Part shown: positions 52,395 to 64,000 of the stretch, one piece after another
How the letters are laid out: every line of letters starts with the position of its first letter
Position numbering within the stretch: the first letter of the stretch is position 1
From: the human T2T-CHM13v2.0 reference genome, Homo sapiens
Assembly (NCBI RefSeq): GCF_009914755.1
Contig: NC_060941.1
Reading direction: 5' to 3' (one strand)
DNA: 64,000 nucleotides
Made by a program: the position numbers and the translations under genes
Notes under the pieces: generated by a model
The model's input: the letters and a program-made list of their open reading frames with translations, nothing else
What the model was told of the DNA's origin: nothing
Databases searched by the model: none

Positions 52395-54149
52395 AGTCTT
52401 CCTAAAGGCAACCTACAGCATTCTTCTTTTCATTTTCTTCATATTGATCACCAGCAGTAGCAGCTGCATGTGATTTCCTTGAGATTCAAGTTGCCATCTA
52501 TGGTTCAAGGAGAGATAAGATTTTTGTTTGTTTGTTTGTTTGTTTTTAATTTCTCAGGAGTTACTTAGTGGCTGCTGACCAGCAGAACCCAACAATGACC
52601 CAGGAGAGGTAGGTGCTGGGCCCTGGGCCAGGCTGCACCAAGACCATTCTTCCAGCTTGTCCATCTTCAGCCTGTGTGATCCAAATTTTTGGCTGGGAAA
52701 GATTACAAATTGCTATATGGCATGCCTCTTCAAGGTTACTCTCAAATAACCAAAACCACACATATTAAATCCCTGAGTGCTCTACTATAGAGCTCTAATT
52801 TTGGGGAGGCTCTTCTTTCAGTTATGTGTAGTTTTTGAGTTCCATATAAGAAATACAGCCTTTTGGCCAAGTGTGAATTATGTGAAAGCAATGAGAAAAG
52901 GAAAAACGTATAACTAACTTCATACTTCAGTGGTTTATGGGCTCCCATATTACCCCTGAAATAACCAAAGAATTAATCAACAAAAGATGCTTTGTGAGAG
53001 CCAGAGATCTGCTATAGTCTCATCCTGCACACTTGGTGAGTGTTTCCAGGGCTCTATTTGTAGTGAAAAACCTGGTTAGTGGGAATAAGTGGGCAGATCT
53101 GTGGCCAAATAACAAACAGAATTTCTATTACTCACCCCATATGCACTGGATCAATGAGGGAATAAGATGCATTTGCCTGTGCTGAAGGATTAAGTGCAGG
53201 GCTGTATTCTTAAACTAGGAACTTGAAAGGTTTGGAAAATAAGGCACATCAAATTAGTAGGATCTAATTCATGATATCTTCATTTCCTTCCAAATTTCCC
53301 CTCCCAAAGCCATTAGAGGCAACACTTCACACTTGATTGGCTCTAAAAAACACACAAAACAAAGCTATAGTGTTGGTTTTTTTTTTTCTGCTGCTGTTCA
53401 TTGTGACACTTTATTTGGATCAGAAAACACCTTCAACAAAAACAACAGCAGAAGGCTTAGACGTCGATTATGACACTCCATGGAAAACGTTCAAAGTGAG
53501 CCTGTTTAGGGCAATTTAGAAACGGAGAAAGGTATGAGATAAGCAGAAATAATTTGTTCCCTGTTGCAGAGGTCTTTTGCATGAAAACTACTTTACTAAT
53601 TGGTTTAACTTGGCACATCTAATATACACATTGTGTCTTGTCTTCATCTTCAAAGTGTTCCATGAACAATGGGGCTGATTATTCCAGGATGTTCTCTCTT
53701 CAGATGTCTTGAGCTGAGAGTAGCAAAGTCCTGAGGCTGCGTTCCCCTGCATGGGGCGTGGTGTGTATGCCATGGGGGTGCTGTGCAGACAGCCCAGCCC
53801 TCTGATCTTGACCTACCACCTGGGAGGAGGAGCCCAGGGCTCCGGAGGAGGTGGTCCTCACCCAAGGCTCTTCCCTGGGGAGCAAGGTCATCCAGGGAGG
53901 TACAGTCCCCTTAGAAGAACAAAAAATCTGAAGAACCCTGAACGTGAGGAAGAACAATGGAGATTCCAAAAGCCGAGACTGGAACAGCATTCCAGGGTGA
54001 GGTTAAAGATTGGAAACGGGGTTGGCCTGGAAGCTGCTTCAAGCTCTTAGAGAATCCCAAACATGTTTCTCAGGCAGGATATGTTCCTGCCCCTGAGTTT
54101 CTCCTCCATGATACCTGAAATTCTTCGAGTGCAGTGAGTCAGGGTTCTG

Positions 54150-55325
54150 TTTTAAAATTCAGATAAAAGAATGCTCTTAAAGTATGCATACAATGACGTA
54201 TTATTCAGCCTTTGATACGAACAGGAGATATGGATAGAAGAGGGCAGTTCCCTGAGAAAGGCCCTACCCTCAAGCCTGGAGACCCACCACCCTAAACTGG
54301 GACAGGCATTCCTGTTTTCACGCCCAAAAAGTTGGCTTTGGGCCCACCACATCCCCCCATCCTTTACCCATATAAATCTCGAGCCCCAGTCTCCAGAAGC
54401 AGATGAGCAGATGAGATGAGGAGACGAGCAGGCAGATGGGAGAATGATGTGGCAGAGAAAGAGAGAAAAGGAGTAACTCTGGGAACGTCTGAACACTGAG
54501 AGGAGTTCAGCTGGTGGCACTTGGAGAGGAGTTCGGCCGCTGGACTGCCAGCCTCCAGAGAAAGATCACCTTTCTACTTCATCTCCTCTTCTGGCTCCCC
54601 ATCCATCCCACTGAGAGCCATCTCTACCACTCAATAAAACTCCCGCATTCATGCTTTGAGTCCGTATGTGACTCAGTTCTTCCAGGATGCAGGACAAGAG
54701 CTCAGGATACAGAAAGCTGTCATACTGGCCCTCTGCCCTTGCAGAAAGGCAGAGGATCCACTGAGCTGGTTAACACTCAAGCTGTCTGTGGACGGCAAGG
54801 CTAAAAGGGCACGCTGTATCCCATGCCCACTTGCACTCCTGTACCTGTCTGTCTGCATGCTTCCCCTCCCCTCAGGGGTTTGAGCAGCAGTGGCAACTTG
54901 AACAGGTGAGTCACATCCCTGTCACATGTCCTGTGAGGGAGATCAGAAAAGTCTCTCATTTCACCTTTAAAAAGAAAGAAATTCTGCTAATTATGACTTC
55001 TGCTAGGATGTACGCTAAGTGAAATAAGCCAAGCACAGAATGACAAATGCTGTATGATTTCATTTATATGATGGACCTAACTGACATGGTCAAGTTCATA
55101 GAGACAGAAAATGGAATGGTGGTTGCCAGGACTGGGGGAGGAAGGAATGTGGAGTTTAATGGGTACAGAGTTTCAGTTTTGCAAGATGAAAAGAGCTCTG
55201 TAGATGGATGGTGGTGATTCTTGCACAAGGTGAATGTACTTAATACCACTAAACTGCACACTAAAAAATGGTTACAATGGTAAATTTTGTGTTATGTATA
55301 TTGTACTACAGTTAAAAAAAAAAAA
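54150..55325 (+). mobile_element. L1MB 3' end, split by LTR1
   Basis: tattattcagcctt|taaaaagaaagaaattctg rejoins across the LTR. Ends in an A-run. Confidence 0.8.
54213..54963 (+). mobile_element. LTR1-family (HUERS-P2) solo LTR
   Basis: TGATAC...TTTCA termini. Perfect TSD cctt. TATAAA at 54371 and AATAAA at 54633. Confidence 0.88.
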
Positions 55326-56260
55326 GACCTATCTCTCAGTGCCTAGCTAAGATTGAAAAGCCGTGTTCAGAGGAGGAAGAGGAGGAGCAAGAAGTGCTTG
55401 TAGAGGGAACAGGGAAGCAGGAGGTCCTATTGGGCATCAGAGGACAGTCTGAGGACACTGGATGAGAGTTCTCCCATGGAGAAAAAGCCAGTGAGATATG
55501 AGATATGCTTTGACATTTTACTTAATAACCATCTTTCTCCTCTCTTCAATGCTGGGCTCTGGCTCCTTCTAGAAAAGAGAGATTTCTTTATCTTCTGGAG
55601 TTTTTGTTTTCTGTTTCTCCTAATAAATGCATTTAGGGATAAGTACTTCTCTACAACTTTGGCCACACTTGGATTTTAACCTGGAGCGTTCTCAGTGTTG
55701 CCATTTCTAAGTAAATTCAGGTTTGTTGTTTAATTTCTGTGTTTAAATTCCACATCAAACACCCTGTGAAGGCTTATCTATGATCTGTGTGGCATCAGTG
55801 CCTCCAGGGACTGCGGAGTAGGGGTGAAGAGAGAGGCCTGGAGATGGAGTGGGGCATGGCACTCAGTGATGGGGGACGGGGTCGGGGATGCGAAATAGTG
55901 GGTGTTGCAATAGCTCATGGAGTTCCCAATGCGGGTCAGTCTTCTGGTTATGGGTCACTCTTGACCACCCAGGGTGCTACTTGTGACTGACTCCCTAATG
56001 CATAGGAGAGAAGCCACCAACCAGCTGGAGACCCCTCACCTCCCAAGGGTTATCGCAGGTCCTCTTAGGGCCACAACACTCCCACCTTTGTGCTCTGAGC
56101 GACTTTGTCCTCCTTTGGTCCTCCATGTGCATGTTTTTGCTCCTGTTTTCTCTAGTCGCCTAACTTTTTCCTAGGAATCTCCATAATTCCTGACCCATCA
56201 ACCACATCACTTTTTACTTTTCAGTGCCATGGTGCGTTCCTGCCTCCTGCACATCTTCTC

Positions 56261-56650
56261 TGTCATTAGGAGTCAAGCTGGTGGGAGGAGGGGAAAAGAA
56301 ACAAACAAAAAGAAGCAGAAAAGCCACAAGTCTGCCTTTCTTCGTGGTCCAAAACACATAAGCTCTTCTGCGCCCAAATATCACCAGACACCTGCAAGTT
56401 AGCTCACTGCAACCTTGGCATTATCAGTACTGCACAAAGCCCCCCTCAGCATACAGCATAAACTCTGCACTATAAAATCTCTAGTAAGTCTCTGCTTCTT
56501 TGCAGTCAGCTTCTCTGCTGGTCTGCCCATTGACTCCTCACAAAACATTTTCCTACTTTCTCTAATGAATCTGCTTTTCTTTGCCGACAATTATCTTGGT
56601 AAATTCATTTACTCCCATACCACCAGCCCAGATAGTCATCACTCATTCAA
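56261..56650 (+). mobile_element. LTR47-like ERVL LTR
   Basis: ccagacacctgcaagttagctcactgcaaccttggc...cttggtaaattc. Boundaries approximate. Confidence 0.65.
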
Positions 56651-56920
56651 GTCAAGGAGGCTCTACGCTTATCAGTCGACCACACTCATTTGATCATTGT
56701 GTAGAGCTCAAGTTTATTCTAATCTGGGCTCATGTGTTGTTGAAAAACTTATTTTTTTGTTACAAAGACAAAACCAGTTGTGGAGTAACTATTTTAGGAG
56801 TCTGGGCAATTCTTCCTGGGGAGGATCCTGGCTTCTTCTCTGGAGAGATAGCAGACTCCTCTATGGTGGCCGCACCCTTGCCCACTTCTTATTTGAGATT
56901 TTCCAAGACTTGCCACCAAA

Positions 56921-56980
56921 CCCTCTCCTCTCCTGGCTCCACACTCCCTGCCCTCTCCTCTCCTGGCTCCACACTCCCTG
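56921..56980. repeat. Perfect 30 bp tandem duplication
   Basis: ccctctcctctcctggctccacactccctg x2. Confidence 0.98.
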
Positions 56981-58727
56981 CTGTGGTGAATATCAGTGAC
57001 TGGTGTCTCTCAAATTTATGCAACAACAGCTTAGACACCTCTCTGAGCTCAGTGCTCACAATATACCATGTAACAGTTAACTTGCTAACTCCTCTCGACA
57101 TGAGTGTTTCTATTTCAGTGAAAAGCACCACCTTGTACTCTCAACAGCTGATTAGTCTCCCAGTCCTGAAGATTCTACACATCACACCCTGAATTTAAGT
57201 GACTTTTCTCCTTTCAGTCTTTTCCCAGTGTTCTTTCCCAAAGTAGTTGACCCCACTGTCTTCTCTGGCCTTTGTTGCTGCAATAACTCCTTACCTGGTT
57301 GACCCACTTTCAATTTATTTGTTCTTCAAAGTGATTTTTCAATTAATTCTAACATAGAGTTGTGCTTTTAAAATGATTCCTTTATAATATTAAAATAATT
57401 AACTTTTTTTTTTTAATCTGGCAAGACAGCTGAATAGCAGCAGCTCCAGTCTGCAGCTCCCAGTGAGAACAACACAGAAGGTGGATGACTTCTGCTTTTC
57501 CAACCAAGGTACCTGGTTCATCTCACTGGGACTGGTTAGACAGTGGATGACCATGGAGGGTGACCAGAAGTAGAGTGGGGCATTGCCTCACCCAGGAAGT
57601 GCAAGGGGCTACAGACCTACCTCTCCTAGCCAAGGGATGCTGTGAGGGACTGTGCTATCCAGCCCAGACACTCTGCTTTTCCCATGGTTTTTGCAATCCA
57701 CAGACCAGGAGATTCCCTCTTGTGCCTACATCACCAGGGCCCTGGGTTTCAAGCACAAAACTAGGCGGTCATTCAGGCAGACACTGAGCTAGCTGCAGAA
57801 GTGTTTTTTCATACCCGATTGATGCCTGGAACCCCAGGGAGACAGAACCTTTTGCTCCTCTGGAAAGACGGCTGAAGCCAGGGAGCCAAGTGGTCTTGTT
57901 CAGTAGGTCCCACTCCCACAGAGCCCAGCAAGCTAAGAACCAGTGGCTTGAAATTCTTGCCTGCCAGCACAGCAGTCTGAAGTTGACCTGGGATGATCAA
58001 GCTTGGTGAGGGGAGGTGCATCTGCCATTACCGAGGCTTGAGTAGGTGGTTTTCCCCTCACAGTATTAAAGAAGCTGCCAGAAAGTTCAGACTGGGCGGA
58101 ACTTACCACAGCATGGCAAAGCAGCTGTGGCCAGACTGCCTCTCTAGATTCTTCCTCACTGGGCAGGGCATCTCTGAAAGAAAGGCAGCAGCCCCAGTCA
58201 GAGGCTTATAGATAAAACCCCTATCTCCCTGGGACAGAGCACCTGGGGGAAGGGGTGGCTGTGGGAGCAGCTTCAACAGACTTAAACATTCCTGCCTGCC
58301 AGCTCTGAAGGGAGCAGTGGATCTCCCAGCACAGCACTTGAGCTCTGCTAAGGGACAGACTGCCTCCTCCCTCACCCCATGCCTCCTGACTGGGAGACAA
58401 CTTCCAGCAGGGGTTGACAGACACCTCATACAGGAGAGCTCCAGCTGGCATCAGGTGGGTGCCCCTCTCGGATGAAGCTTCTTGAAGAAGAAGCAGGCAG
58501 CAATCTTTGCTGTTCTGCAGCCTCCACTGGTGATATGCAGGCAAACAGGATCTGGACTGGACCCCCAGCAAACTCCAGCAGACCTGCAGAAGAGGGGCCT
58601 GACTGTTAGAAGGAAAACTAACAAACAGAAAGCAATGACCATCAACATCAGCAAAAAGGACACCCACACAAAAACCCCATCCAAAGGTCTTCAGCATCAA
58701 AGATCAAAGGTAGATAAATCCACAAAG

Positions 58728-59756
58728 ATGAGGAAAAACTAGCTCAAAAAGGGTGAAAACTCCAAAAACCAGAATGCTTCTTTTCCTCCAAATGATCGCA
58801 GCTCCTCTCCAGCAAGGACACAAAACTGGATGGAGAATGAGTTTGATGAATTATCAGAAGTAGGCTTCAGAGATTAGGTAATAACAAATTTCTCTGAGCT
58901 AAAGGAGCCTGTTCTAACCCAATGCAAGGAAGTTAAGAACCTTCATAAAATGTTACAGGAACTGCTAACTAGAATAAGCAGTTTAGAGAAGAACATAAAT
59001 GACCTGATGGAGCTGAAAAACAGCACAGCACGAGAACTTTGTGAGGCATACACAAGTATGAATAACTGAATTGATCAAGCAGAAGAAAGGATATCAGAGA
59101 TTGAAGATCAACTTAATGAAATAAAGTGTGAAGACAAGATTAGAGAAAAAAGAATGAAAAGGAACAAACAAAGCTTCCAAGAAATATGGGACTATGTGAA
59201 ATGACCAAACCTATGCTTGATTGGTGTACCTGAAAGTGATGGGGAGGATGGAACCAAGTTGGAAAACACACTTCAGGGTATTTATCCAGGAGACTTTCCC
59301 CAACCTAGAAAGACAGGCCAACATTCAAATTCAGGAAATACAGAGAACACCACTAAGATACTCCTCAAGAAGAGCAACCCCAAGACACATAATGGTCAGA
59401 TTCTCCAAGGTTGAAACGAAGGAAAAATGTTAAGTGCAGCCAGACAGAAAGCTCATGTTACCCCCAAAGGGAAGCCCATCAGTCTAACAATGGATCTCTC
59501 CCCAAAAACCCTACAAGCCAGAAGAGAGTGGAGGCCAATATTCAACATTCTTAAAGAAAAGAATTTTCAACTCAGAATTTCATATTCAGCCAAACTAAGC
59601 TTCATAAGTGAAGGAGAAATAAAATCCTTTGCAGACAAGCAAATGCTGAGGGATTTTGTCACCACCAGGCCTGCCTTACAAGAGCTCCTGAAAGAAGCAC
59701 TAAATATGGAAAGGAAAAACCGGTACCAGCCACTGCAAAAACATACCAAAATATAA
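58728..59756 (+). pseudogene. L1 ORF1p remnant
   Basis: Early TAG at 58740 plus frameshifts. C-terminus ...LKEALNMERKNRYQPLQKHTKI. Confidence 0.9.
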
Positions 59757-59820
59757 AGACCAACAACACTGTGAAAAAACTGCATCAATTAATGTGCAAA
59801 AATAACCAGCTAGCAGCATG

Positions 59821-63643
<3,823 letters not shown>

Positions 63644-64000
63644 ACAATGAGAAAAAATGGACACAGGGAGGGGAACATCACACACCGGGGCCTGTCAGGG
63701 AATCCGGAGCAAGGGGTGGGAGAGCATTAGAAAAAATACCTACTGCATGCGGCGCTTAAAATCTAGATATCCGGTCGATAGGTGCAGCAAACCACCGGGA
63801 CACATGTATACCTATGTAACAAACCTGCACATTCTGCACATGCATCCCAGAACTTAAAGTGTATTTTAAAAAATCAGAAAAAAAAAATAATTAACCAGGA
63901 AATATGTGCTTTTGAACATAAGAAGTTACATTAAAAAAAAATAAGCTCCTCCTTCTCTTTCCACACCTCTGTGGCCACTAATGTTATATTTATTGTGTAT

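Noticed and set aside
53704-53996. Candidate exon (ttctctcttcag| ... agg|gtgagg)
   Set aside because: Splice-like motifs only, with a competing AG just upstream, no partner exons and no recognisable protein.

Overview
This is human, non-coding, repeat-rich genomic DNA; a near-consensus AluYa5 fixes the species. I cannot support any host protein-coding gene or RNA gene, and I cannot name the locus. The window holds about 28 Alu-derived elements, one full-length but dead L1 (L1PA8-like, 57404-63883) and a complete two-LTR MSTB MaLR element nested in an MLT1 LTR. It also holds several ERV LTRs (MER50 with a PBS, MER57, MER34/39-group, LTR1, LTR47-like, LTR33-like, MLT2D), Tigger2/Tigger3 and MER5 DNA transposons, old L1M/L2/MIR/CR1 fragments and simple repeats. 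Most long ORFs in the track are Alu, L1 or low-complexity artefacts. I find no evidence of a new biological system. The most unusual structures are: a ~115 bp (CA)n-bearing segment apparently copied from ~40.5 kb into a Tigger3 element at ~41.9 kb; a T11AA tract at the 5' junction of the full-length L1; tandem LTR-end+PBS units beside MER50; a perfect 24 bp palindrome; two perfect short tandem duplications; and a possible ancient CR1-type RT fossil. Repeat family names come from my recall of consensus sequences and need RepeatMasker/Dfam confirmation.
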